Part shown: positions 22,903 through 31,186 of the stretch, piece after piece
How positions within the stretch are numbered: the stretch's first letter is position 1
How the letters are laid out: each line of letters begins with the position of its first letter
DNA from: Pseudomonadota bacterium
GTDB lineage: Bacteria > Pseudomonadota > Alphaproteobacteria > Rs-D84
Assembly: GCA_009781955.1 (NCBI GenBank)
Contig: WQUT01000074.1
Coordinates: forward strand, 1-40,273
DNA length: 40,273 nt
Direction: 5' to 3'
Position numbers and translations under genes: made by a program
Notes under the pieces: generated by a model
What the model was told of the DNA's origin: nothing
Seen by the model: the letters and a program-made list of their open reading frames with translations, nothing else
Database searches by the model: none

Positions 22903-25830
22903 ATGCCCCAGCATCTGACCCTTATTGACGGGAATTCCATTTTATTCCGCGCCTATTACGGCGTGCATTCGCACTTGACGCGAACCGACGGAACGCCGGT
23001 CAATGCGGTGTATGGATTCTGCAACATGATACTGCCGCTGGTCGCCGCCGCGAAGCCGCACGAAATTTTCATATGCGTGTTTGACGCAGGCAGGCGGACT
23101 TTCCGCAATGACATTTATCCGGAATACAAGGCCAACCGCGCGGAAACGCCCGCCGATCTGGCCGCGCAGTTTGAGCTTTCGCGCGAAGCGGTGCGCGCGT
23201 TCGGAATCCCCCTGCTGGTCATTGACGGCGTAGAGGCCGACGACGTCATCGCGACCCTTTGCAATCACGAATGCGCGCTGAACCGCCAGACGCGGGTGGT
23301 GACGGGCGACAAAGACCTTATGCAGTTGGTCTCGCATTGCGTATTTCTGTATGACGGGATGAAGGAAAAAGAAATCCGCGCGCCCGAGGTATTGGAAAAA
23401 TTCGGGGTCCGGCCCGACCAGGTTATTGACGTTCAATCCCTGATGGGCGACTCGTCCGACAATGTGCCGGGCGTTCCCGGAATCGGGCCAAAGACCGCGA
23501 CAGAATTGATTCAGGAATTCGGATCGTTGGACAACCTGTATAAAAATGTAAATGAGATAAGCAAAGAGCGCATCAGAAAACTATTAAACGAGAATCGGGA
23601 CAAGGCCGAAATCTCGCGAAAACTGGTGACGCTGAAATCCGATGTGAAATTGCCGAAATTTTCGGACGAGCCGATGAAATTTGACGCCGACGGCGCGCTG
23701 GCTTTTGCCCGCGATAAATTGGAATCGCCGGCGCTGGCGGCAAAGATACGGAAACTGTTCGGGAATGCGGGGACCAATCAAGATTCCGATGAGGTTCCAC
23801 ACCCGCGGGCAGAGCCCGCCCTGCGGGAAAACAAGGAAAGCGAATCGGCGGCGCATCAGTTATTGAAACATAATAGCTCGCATTCTTCGGTTATTACGGC
23901 AGAGAACGAGCTGGACGAGTTTCTGTCGCATGTTGACGACGTTCTGGCCATTGACACCGAAACAACCGGGCTGAATCAGATGACCGACAAACTCGTCGGA
24001 ATATCGCTGGCCGTCGCGCCCGATCGCGGCGTATACATTCCATTGCGGCACAAAGAACAAGAGGCCGCGACCGATTTATTCAGTGCGGAAAGTGCGACCA
24101 CCAGCCACCAGCCACCAGCCGCCAAGCTTTCGCTTGACGCGGTCAAGCGAAAGCTTTGGCCGATTTTCAAAAAGGCGCATGTCGTAAAGGTCGGGCACAA
24201 CCTGAAATACGATCTGCACATATTTGAAAACGAAGGCTGGGATACATCCGAAATCGCGCCGATTGACGATACCATGCTGTTATCCTATATCCTGTATGGC
24301 GCCGCGCATACTCATGGTTTGGACGAGCTGGCGCATCTGTATCTGGGGCACGAAAATATAAAGTTTGATTCGCTGTTCCCGCCCAAGACCAAGGATTCCG
24401 ACAAGCGCTTTGCCGAAATCGCGGTCGCGTCCGCGGCGCCATATGCGGCCGAAGACGCGTGGGTGACATACGCGCTGTATAAAATATTCCGGGAAACATT
24501 GGAAAATTTGCCCCCCCTCTTGGGGGGGGCTGTCACGCATAGCGTGACTGGGGGGGGCTCTGACAATGAAGTCAGCTCCCCCTCGTCGCCTTCGGCGACA
24601 CTCCCCCCCAAGAGGGGGGAGAAAGACCGCTCTCTGCTCGCTCTTTACGAAAACTGCGACCGGCCGCTGTTGCGGATACTGATGCAGATGGAGCGCGCGG
24701 GCGTTCTGATAGACCAATCAAGTTTGCGCGAACTGTCCGACGTCCTGCATAAAAAGTCCGACGAGATTCAGGAACAGATTTGGAAAGCCGCGCATTTCAA
24801 ATTTAATATCGGCAGCCCGAAGCAGCTGGCGGAAATACTGTATGAAAAACTGGGCGTTCCCGCGCCGAAAACTAATTCAACCGATGCGGCGACGTTGGGC
24901 GACCTGGCCGATGCGCATCCCATAATCAACATGATCCTGGAATGGCGGTCATTAACGAAACTGTCGGGAACTTACGCGGACGCATTGCCGCGTCAGATCG
25001 GCCGCGACGGACGAATCCACACCACGTTTTTGCAGACCAGCACCAATACCGGGCGGCTTTCTTCGCGCGATCCGAACCTGCAAAACATTCCGATAAAAAC
25101 CGATTTGGGCGCGCAGATCCGCAAATGCTTTGTCGCGCCGGACGGCCGCGTTTTAATCTCGGCGGATTACTCGCAAATACAGTTGCGGTTGATGGCGCAT
25201 ATCGCGGACGTAAAGATTCTGAAAGAAATCTTTACAAATGGAGAGGATATTCATTCCATGACCGCGCGGCGCATATTCGCGCTGGCCCCGCATGCGACCG
25301 TGACCAAGGACCAGCGGCATGCGGCCAAGACCGTGAACTTTTCCATCATTTACGGCATATCGCCGTTCGGGCTGGGCAACCAATTGGGCATTTCGCAATC
25401 GGATGCGAAAAAGCTGATAGACTCTTACATGGCCAATTTCCCGGAAATTGACGCATACATAGAAAAAACGAAAAAATTCGCGATTGCGAACGGATTCGTT
25501 TTGACGCCCTGGGGCCGGCGCATAGAATTGCCGGAAATACGAAATCCGCGGATGCGCGCCTATGCCCTCCGCGCCGCGATCAACGCGCCGATACAGGGTT
25601 TTGAGGCCGACCTGATGCGATTCGCGATGGTTAAAATCGGCGGGCAATTGGAACCGCATTCCGACCAGATAAAAATGCTGCTGCAGGTGCACGACGAACT
25701 GGTGTTTGAATGCGATGAAAAGCACGCGGAATATTGGGCGGAAAAGATAAAGCATGAAATGGAAAACGTGGCGAAGCTTTCCGTGCCCATCGCCGCGGAA
25801 ACCAAGATTGGAAAATCGTGGGACAAGTAA
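22903..25830 (+). CDS. polA: DNA polymerase I
   Basis: Start MPQHLTLIDGNSILFRAYYG (the track's 22519 start is an antisense-of-pth artefact). 5' nuclease, 3'-5' exo (AIDTETTGL), pol motifs ADYSQIQLRLMAH, RHAAKTVNFSIIYG, LLQVHDELVFE. Confidence 0.92.
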   Translation: MPQHLTLIDGNSILFRAYYGVHSHLTRTDGTPVNAVYGFCNMILPLVAAAKPHEIFICVFDAGRRTFRNDIYPEYKANRAETPADLAAQFELSREAVRAFGIPLLVIDGVEADDVIATLCNHECALNRQTRVVTGDKDLMQLVSHCVFLYDGMKEKEIRAPEVLEKFGVRPDQVIDVQSLMGDSSDNVPGVPGIGPKTATELIQEFGSLDNLYKNVNEISKERIRKLLNENRDKAEISRKLVTLKSDVKLPKFSDEPMKFDADGALAFARDKLESPALAAKIRKLFGNAGTNQDSDEVPHPRAEPALRENKESESAAHQLLKHNSSHSSVITAENELDEFLSHVDDVLAIDTETTGLNQMTDKLVGISLAVAPDRGVYIPLRHKEQEAATDLFSAESATTSHQPPAAKLSLDAVKRKLWPIFKKAHVVKVGHNLKYDLHIFENEGWDTSEIAPIDDTMLLSYILYGAAHTHGLDELAHLYLGHENIKFDSLFPPKTKDSDKRFAEIAVASAAPYAAEDAWVTYALYKIFRETLENLPPLLGGAVTHSVTGGGSDNEVSSPSSPSATLPPKRGEKDRSLLALYENCDRPLLRILMQMERAGVLIDQSSLRELSDVLHKKSDEIQEQIWKAAHFKFNIGSPKQLAEILYEKLGVPAPKTNSTDAATLGDLADAHPIINMILEWRSLTKLSGTYADALPRQIGRDGRIHTTFLQTSTNTGRLSSRDPNLQNIPIKTDLGAQIRKCFVAPDGRVLISADYSQIQLRLMAHIADVKILKEIFTNGEDIHSMTARRIFALAPHATVTKDQRHAAKTVNFSIIYGISPFGLGNQLGISQSDAKKLIDSYMANFPEIDAYIEKTKKFAIANGFVLTPWGRRIELPEIRNPRMRAYALRAAINAPIQGFEADLMRFAMVKIGGQLEPHSDQIKMLLQVHDELVFECDEKHAEYWAEKIKHEMENVAKLSVPIAAETKIGKSWDK
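24101..24123. repeat. heptamer array (CCAGCCA)x3, in frame in the polA exo domain
   Basis: ccagccaccagccaccagccgcc encodes SHQPPAA in a loop before LSLDAVKRKLWP. Confidence 0.8.
24511..24621. repeat. C-run/G-run multi-hairpin element, in frame in polA
   Basis: ccccccctcttggggggggctgtcacgcatagcgtgactggggggggc...ctcccccccaagaggggggag. 111 bp encoding PPLLGGAVTHSVTGGGSDNEVSSPSSPSATLPPKRGE at the exo/polymerase junction. Confidence 0.8.
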
Positions 25831-25832
25831 CT

Positions 25833-26036
25833 TTTCCCCCTTGTTAAAAGGGGAATCGCGCTTGACGAGCGCGAGCCTGGTTTTGGCGATGCGCGAGTTT
25901 AGCGCAATAGGGGGATTATTGGTTAAAGAACGAATACTTGTTCTTTAACCAATAATCCCCCTATTTTTGTAACGCAAATGCTTGTGCATTTGCTAACAAA
26001 AATTCCCCCTCTAACGAGGGGGAAAATTTTTATCTC
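25833..26036. repeat. ~200-bp composite palindromic element in the polA-dsbA spacer
   Basis: ttcccccttgttaaaaggggaat ... perfect 25-bp-arm palindrome at 25907-25964 ... aattccccctctaacgagggggaaaatt. Confidence 0.8.
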
Positions 26037-26860
26037 AGCGCGCTCACTATCTGGTCATACGGTATCGCGCCCGGAAAGGCTTGATCGCCGATGATCAGGA
26101 ACGGCGTTCCGCCGATTTGGAAACGAGACGCCAAATCGCGGACCTGGCCCAATTCTTCGCTGACGGTGGAGGAATTGACATCCTTTTCCAACCTGGCGGT
26201 GTCAATGCCAACCTTGTCGGCCATGGCCAAGACATTTTTCTTTATGGCCTTTTCCAAGTCGTCTTGACTCTTGCCCTGCAGGTCGGCGGGATAATACTCT
26301 TTGTCCATCAGCGCGGCATCCAATGCGGCGGCTTTGTCATTGCCTTGCATTTTCGCTGCGATCACGGCCTTGGCCGGAAAGTCGGACAGCACGCCGTGGA
26401 TAGAGAAGTTTTTCATAACCACGCGAACCTCTGGATGATCCGCAACCACGCGTTTCAGATCCGCATGAACGCGGCGGCAATACGGGCATGAATAGTCGGA
26501 AAATACAAAGATGGTATTTTTTGCCGAAGGATCGCCCATTATCGGCGCGTTTCTCGTCATTTCGTCCAAATGGCCCTTCATATACTTCTTGATTTCTGCG
26601 CTGGTGCCCTGGGTTCTTTGCGCCTGCATGGCGGTCGCCATTTCTTGCAATATGCCGGGATTGGCCTGGGTCAAGTAGTATGTCGTGCCGAGCCCGGTGC
26701 GGTTTACGCCCCAAATCAGCGCGACTGCGCCAACCAGCATAATGGCCGTCTTGGCGAGATTTTTGCCCATCGCAAAGTTTTTGCCTTCATGCCCGAACAG
26801 AATTCCGCCAAGCACAAAGAGCGCGACCGCAACGAGCAACAGTATTACTGTCAGTATCAT
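26030..26860 (-). CDS. DsbA-family thiol:disulfide oxidoreductase with N-terminal TM segments
   Basis: FSDYSCPYCRRVHADL (CPYC active site), thioredoxin fold, two N-terminal hydrophobic helices. Confidence 0.75.
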   Translation of the reverse strand: MILTVILLLVAVALFVLGGILFGHEGKNFAMGKNLAKTAIMLVGAVALIWGVNRTGLGTTYYLTQANPGILQEMATAMQAQRTQGTSAEIKKYMKGHLDEMTRNAPIMGDPSAKNTIFVFSDYSCPYCRRVHADLKRVVADHPEVRVVMKNFSIHGVLSDFPAKAVIAAKMQGNDKAAALDAALMDKEYYPADLQGKSQDDLEKAIKKNVLAMADKVGIDTARLEKDVNSSTVSEELGQVRDLASRFQIGGTPFLIIGDQAFPGAIPYDQIVSALR

Positions 26861-26952
26861 TAGGTTCTCCTTTCTTTGTTGAACAGGGCGAATTATAACG
26901 GATTTTTAATGCGATGCAAGGGAAAAAATCACTGGCACCGCCGGCGATTTTT

Positions 26953-27077
26953 ATGGCAAATGAAAAATGGTAAATTTATAGCATATTGCCCAAAATGCGC
27001 AGATATTTCACACTTTGTATCTCTTGCCCCTTCCATCTTCCATTTCCCATTTACCATTTACCATTTACCCTTTCACC
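26953..27077. repeat. inverted pair of heptamer arrays (ATTTACC-type) overlapping the recO stop codon
   Basis: Left atggcaaatgaaaaatggtaaat (26953-26975). Right ccatcttccatttcccatttaccatttaccatttaccctttcacc (27033-27077). Confidence 0.75.
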
Positions 27078-28333
27078 TGCTGCCGCGCATGGGGCAGCGC
27101 GCGGCCGCCCTGGTCCTGGGCTATCTTGTTCAAGAAATATTTTGTGGCGTCCAAATCAACGGGCAGTTCAAAAAGCCGCCCGTCATACGGCGCGGCGCAA
27201 GTTCTGCATACGGCGCGGCCGGTCCGCGGGGACAGATGGGTCAAATTATCCGTCCGACCGCAATTGCTGCACCGCGACAAATCCAGCGCATAGCCCAATT
27301 CCCGCAGCAGCCATATTTCCCAGTCAAGATATAACCGATGGATATCTTCTTTATAAAAGCCATCCTGTCCCCCCACCGGCCCGCAACCATGCGCGCCGAC
27401 TCCCCCCAAGGGGGGAGTAGTTAAATGCTCATTTAACTCGCTTGTTATGAGTGCTGAATTACTCCCCCCTTGGGGGGAGTCGCAGAGCGCAAGCGTTGTT
27501 TCCGCGCCGCGCGATGCGGTGGGGGGACAAAGATATTCGTGTATTACACGCAATACCCCGTCCATATCTTTGAAAACTTGCCTGTTATCAAATCTTATAA
27601 TTCTATACCCATCGCCATTTAATATTTTAGTCCTTTCTACATCATGCATACGGTTGCCTTCTTCGTAATGCTGTTCGCCATCCAATTCTATTATCAGCCT
27701 TTTTTCCAAGCATACAAAGTCTGCAATATATTTGTTTATCGGGCACTGTTTTCTAAAAGCATACCCCATCTTGTTATCTTTCAAATAATGCCAAAGTAAC
27801 TTCTCGGCCGATGTCATGTTCTTTCGCAAGTTCTGAGCCTGATGCAAAGCAAGTTCAGTGTTTCTTTTTTCGGGGTTATGTTGTCCCCCCACCGGCCCGC
27901 AACTACGCGCGCCTACTCCCCCCAAGGGGGGAGTAGTTGCCTCATTTCCAAATTTTAAAAAGTGATTTCCGATTTTGTCCAACAAATCAATCGTTCTGTC
28001 ATACAAAAATGTATACTTTTCCCGTTCCGGCAGCAGCGCGTGTATCAGCGCGAACGCCGAATTAACTATGGCGAGCGTCTCTGCGTCGTTCATCAGCGGC
28101 GCGGCCATGTTGCGCGACGATTCCCAATGAAACGCGCCCAGGGCGGAATCCAGCCGCGCATTCCAAGACGCCGCGCCAACCTGTCCGACCAATGGCCGGT
28201 TTTTCTTTGCGACCGCCGCGCCCTTCATCATGCCGGCGAGCATGCCGAATTCGCGCGTAAAGATATGCGCGACCATGTCGCGTTCCCCGAACGGGCGCAA
28301 TCCGATAATAATGCCGGCTGATTCCAGTTTCAT
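27065..28333 (-). CDS. recO: DNA repair protein RecO interrupted in frame by a 191-codon DUF559 element
   Basis: N part MKLESAGIIIGLRPFGERDMVAHIFT... (~135 aa). C part ...DIHRLYLDWEIWLLRELGYALDLSRCSNCGRTDNLTHLSPRTGRAVCRTC (Zn finger). Together they give normal RecO length. One continuous ORF. Confidence 0.85.
   Translation of the reverse strand: MKLESAGIIIGLRPFGERDMVAHIFTREFGMLAGMMKGAAVAKKNRPLVGQVGAASWNARLDSALGAFHWESSRNMAAPLMNDAETLAIVNSAFALIHALLPEREKYTFLYDRTIDLLDKIGNHFLKFGNEATTPPLGGVGARSCGPVGGQHNPEKRNTELALHQAQNLRKNMTSAEKLLWHYLKDNKMGYAFRKQCPINKYIADFVCLEKRLIIELDGEQHYEEGNRMHDVERTKILNGDGYRIIRFDNRQVFKDMDGVLRVIHEYLCPPTASRGAETTLALCDSPQGGSNSALITSELNEHLTTPPLGGVGAHGCGPVGGQDGFYKEDIHRLYLDWEIWLLRELGYALDLSRCSNCGRTDNLTHLSPRTGRAVCRTCAAPYDGRLFELPVDLDATKYFLNKIAQDQGGRALPHARQQVKG
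27365..27937 (-). mobile_element. DUF559-ORF element plus an extra hairpin unit, in frame within recO
   Basis: Inverted ends 27461-27530 and 27881-27937 share actccccccttggggggagt...ggtggggggacaa. A third 57-nt unit (27365-27421) is a direct repeat of 27881-27937. AT-rich core encodes LLWHYLKDNKMGYAFRKQCPINKYIADFVCLEKRLIIELDGEQH. Confidence 0.85.
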
Positions 28334-28389
28334 GGTTAAATTATAAAACATAAAGGATAAAGCATAAAGCAGAAATATCAGATGCAACA

Positions 28390-28548
28390 AAAAATCCGGC
28401 CCCCGGGCCCCGACAAAATCGCAGATTTTGGTGGGTGGCCCATGCCGGATTTTTTAACCTGTCCCGAAAATCTAAGGCAGCATCCGCCTTCGCCAAGGCT
28501 GCGGCGGACAAGAGCTGCCAAGATTTTTCCCTTCTGCGAAGGGGAATT
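28390..28548. repeat. composite palindromic element between recO and rplI
   Basis: aaaaatccggc...gccggatttttt enclosing ccccgacaaaatcgcagattttggtgggtgg. Ends cccttctgcgaaggggaatt. Confidence 0.7.
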
Positions 28549-29249
28549 TACTCTTCTGTTTCTGTCTTTTTCTTTGCGCGGGGTTTCTTTTCGGCCGCCG
28601 GCTCTTTTGCGGTTTCGTCGGATTCGGCAGCTTTCGCCGCTTTCTTTCTGGCCGGCTTTTTGTCTGTCCCGTCCGATTCGGCCGGCTGTTCCACCGCGGG
28701 TGCCGCGGTCTTGTCTTCGCCCTCTGCCTTTGGCTCGCCCTCTTCCTCAGCCTTTTTCGTGCCGAACGTCAGGATTTTTCCGGCGACCAGGGCGTCAATT
28801 TCGTCAGCCGTCTGGGCGACATAGACTTTAACCGGAACAATCACGTCGGGGTGCAGCGCGATTTTCGTGTCGAACGCGCCGATGGTCTTGATGGGATTGC
28901 CGAGCAATACCTGGTGCGATTCAACATGAATCCCCGCATCGGCCAGCAGGCGCGCGATGTCGCGGGACGACACGGAACCATACAGATGCCCGGTATCGCC
29001 GGCCTGGCGAATCATGTGGAATTTCACATTCTTGACGGCGTCAACCTGGGATTCCGCTTTGGATTTCGCCGCATCCTGGCGCGCGACCAATTCGGCCTTT
29101 TTAGATTCAAACACCGCGAGGTTTTCGCGGGACCAGCGCAGTGCCTTGCCCTTGGGCAGCAGATAGTTCCGCGCGTATCCGGTCGCAACCTCTACCGTGT
29201 CGCCGATGGTTCCAAGTTTAGCAATTTTTTCAGTAAGTATGATTTTCAT
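28548..29249 (-). CDS. rplI: 50S ribosomal protein L9 with a charged C-terminal extension
   Basis: MKIILTEKIAKLGTIGDTVEVATGYARNYLLPKGKA. Confidence 0.9.
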   Translation of the reverse strand: MKIILTEKIAKLGTIGDTVEVATGYARNYLLPKGKALRWSRENLAVFESKKAELVARQDAAKSKAESQVDAVKNVKFHMIRQAGDTGHLYGSVSSRDIARLLADAGIHVESHQVLLGNPIKTIGAFDTKIALHPDVIVPVKVYVAQTADEIDALVAGKILTFGTKKAEEEGEPKAEGEDKTAAPAVEQPAESDGTDKKPARKKAAKAAESDETAKEPAAEKKPRAKKKTETEE

Positions 29250-29299
29250 TTTATCTGTCCTCTTTTGAGTTAGGGATGATTCCCAAAATTTATATTTAT

Positions 29300-29465
29300 G
29301 ACTACCCCGGAATTCTTAAGCTCGCAATGCTCGCTAACGAATTCCGACCCTTCTGAGAAGGGTATCTAGCGCTCAATTTGTTTAAAACTTATGAGCACTA
29401 AGTTGCCCTTCCTAGAAGGGCCGGAAAGCTTGCCGACTTTGTCGGCCTAGCTTTCCTGGGTAGTA
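29300..29465. repeat. 166-bp nested palindrome, gactaccccgg family, inside the rpsR-rplI spacer
   Basis: gactaccccggaattc...acccttctgagaagggt...gcccttcctagaagggc...ctttcctgggtagta. Same module order as 1434-1596. Confidence 0.85.
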
Positions 29466-29469
29466 ACTA

Positions 29470-29697
29470 TTACCCCAGATTATTCCGCACAAACGGCATA
29501 AGGCCCAGGTGCCGGGCGCGTTTGATCGCGCGGGCGAGAGCCCTTTGGTCTTTCTGCGACACGCCGGTGATGCGGGACGGGTTGATTTTGCCGCGCTCTG
29601 AAATATAGTGCGACAACATTTTCACGTCTTTATAGTCAACGTCCTTGCCCTTTAAGGGATTTGATTTTTTGCGATAAATCGCTGCGCGAACTGCCAT
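29470..29697 (-). CDS. rpsR: 30S ribosomal protein S18
   Basis: 75 aa with [49 protein letters not shown]. Confidence 0.9.
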   Translation of the reverse strand: MAVRAAIYRKKSNPLKGKDVDYKDVKMLSHYISERGKINPSRITGVSQKDQRALARAIKRARHLGLMPFVRNNLG

Positions 29698-29699
29698 GA

Positions 29700-30038
29700 C
29701 TATTCCGCCTCCTCGGTATTTTTCTTCATCATTATGCTGGGTTTGTCCGACAATGCCTCTACACGCACGTTCAGAAAACGGATGATGTCTTCGTCAATGC
29801 GTTCGCGGCGTTCAAATTCGGCCAACTGCTCGCCCGGCAGCGACACGTTCAGCATGACATAGTGGGCCTTGCGGTTTTTGCGGATTATATATGCCAGATT
29901 CTTTAAGCCCCAGAATTCCGTGGCTTTGACGGAACCCTTCAGCTCTTTGATAATATCGGCGAATTTGGCGGCTTTGTCGCGCACCTGCGCGTCGGTCAAG
30001 TCCTGGCGAAACACCAGAACGCTTTCATAAAATGCCAT
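29700..30038 (-). CDS. rpsF: 30S ribosomal protein S6
   Basis: [19 protein letters not shown]...HYVMLNV. First gene of the rpsF-rpsR-rplI order. Confidence 0.9.
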   Translation of the reverse strand: MAFYESVLVFRQDLTDAQVRDKAAKFADIIKELKGSVKATEFWGLKNLAYIIRKNRKAHYVMLNVSLPGEQLAEFERRERIDEDIIRFLNVRVEALSDKPSIMMKKNTEEAE

Positions 30039-30139
30039 AAAGTTCTCCTTTGGTCGTGTGGGTCACGGTGGGGCCGCAACCAGGAAAGCAGGCTTATTAT
30101 GAACATTTTTTCAGAAAAAGCAAGAAATAAAGTGAGCGC

Positions 30140-30264
30140 GTCATTCCGGCGGCGCGACGTAAGGAGCGAACGCCGAAATCCAGGTTGATTATGTGCGCGC
30201 AAAGCGCGCGGCTTTATTTACCTGGATTCCGTTGTTCTCGCCTGCGGCGAGCCAACGGAATGAC
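30140..30264. repeat. nested palindrome, gtcattcc...ggaatgac family
   Basis: gtcattccggcggcgcgacg...aaatccaggt...gcgcgcaaagcgcgc...acctggatt...ccaacggaatgac. Related ends at 15215, 36983 and 11170-11228. Confidence 0.7.
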
Positions 30265-30347
30265 GGGCCCATGTTTGGGGAACAAACGTTTCTTTCACAC
30301 AACTATTTCTTTCACATAAGGGCGCACAACCGAGCTGTAATTTCCAA

Positions 30348-30377
30348 TTGACACAAGTTTATCAAATTCGCTAACAT
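30348..30377 (+). promoter_or_regulatory. candidate promoter TTGACA-18-TAACAT
   Basis: ttgacacaagtttatcaaattcgctaacat, 40 nt upstream of ORF 30419. Confidence 0.35.
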
Positions 30378-30418
30378 GCCGGAAAGGGGAGAAATCTACC
30401 AACCACCAGACACCAAAT

Positions 30419-31108
30419 ATGACCAATCGTTTTCATATCAATCTTAACCGCATGGCGTTGTTTATAGTGCTGATTGTCACGGTGGTCGTCGCGTGGCGCG
30501 GGGATTTCCTGCGCCTTGCGCTCACCAACATCTGGCTGAACGGCGTTATTATCGGGACCACGATTTTCGGGGCCGGCCTCGCCTTTACCGACATGTTCCG
30601 GCTGGTTCCGGAATACGGCTGGCTGCGGCGGTTTTTCGGCGGCAAGGCCGGGCCGAACGACCTGCCCCCATTTCTGTTACGACCGGTCGCGATAATGATG
30701 ACGCGCGTGCAATTGCGCAAAATTCCGCCGATTTCGTCCCAGACGCTGACCAATTTTATGGACATGATTCAATCGCGGTTTGAAGACCAGCGCGAATCGG
30801 TGCGCTATATCACGAACACTTTGATTTTCATGGGGCTGCTGGGCACTTTCTGGGGGCTGATTCATACCGTCGGCGGATTCGCCACCCTGGTGGGCAGCCT
30901 GGATTTCACGGACGAGAATGTGATGGAGACTGTAAAAGCCGGACTGGCGACGCCTTTGGCGGGAATCGGCACGGCGTTTTCGGCGTCGTTGTTCGGATTG
31001 GCCGGGTCGCTGATCGTAGGGTTCCTGGGGCTGCAGGTGCAAATGGCCCAGAATGCGATTTTCAGGGAACTGGAAGAGAATTTGTCAGAGAGGACGGGAA
31101 TAGCGTGA
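30419..31108 (+). CDS. MotA/TolQ/ExbB-family proton-channel protein
   Basis: 229 aa with TM helices and FMGLLGTFWGLIHTVGG ... GLATPLAGIGTAFSASLFGLAGSLIV, typical of the family. Confidence 0.75.
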   Translation: MTNRFHINLNRMALFIVLIVTVVVAWRGDFLRLALTNIWLNGVIIGTTIFGAGLAFTDMFRLVPEYGWLRRFFGGKAGPNDLPPFLLRPVAIMMTRVQLRKIPPISSQTLTNFMDMIQSRFEDQRESVRYITNTLIFMGLLGTFWGLIHTVGGFATLVGSLDFTDENVMETVKAGLATPLAGIGTAFSASLFGLAGSLIVGFLGLQVQMAQNAIFRELEENLSERTGIA

Positions 31109-31172
31109 GCCGAAAACCGATAACCGCGAACCGATTTTTTTCGGTTTTCGGCTTTCGGCTTTCGGTTCACGG
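31109..31172. repeat. inverted heptamer arrays forming a hairpin between the motA-like and motB-like genes
   Basis: gccgaaaaccgataaccgcgaaccga tttttt tcggttttcggctttcggctttcggttcacgg. gccgaaaaccga and tcggttttcggc are exact complements. Confidence 0.75.
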
Positions 31173-31186
31173 TAACGGAGGGGAAA

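Noticed and set aside
27365-27937. Intein or intron explanation for the recO insert (and likewise the PFOR insert at 3487-3952)
   Set aside because: No intein junction residues are present: no Cys/Ser/Thr at the N-junction, no His-Asn plus Cys/Ser/Thr at the C-junction, and no Hint blocks. No group II reverse transcriptase/maturase or obvious group I core is present either. The inserts are bounded by DNA inverted repeats and a host duplication. RNA-level removal cannot be strictly excluded without expression data.
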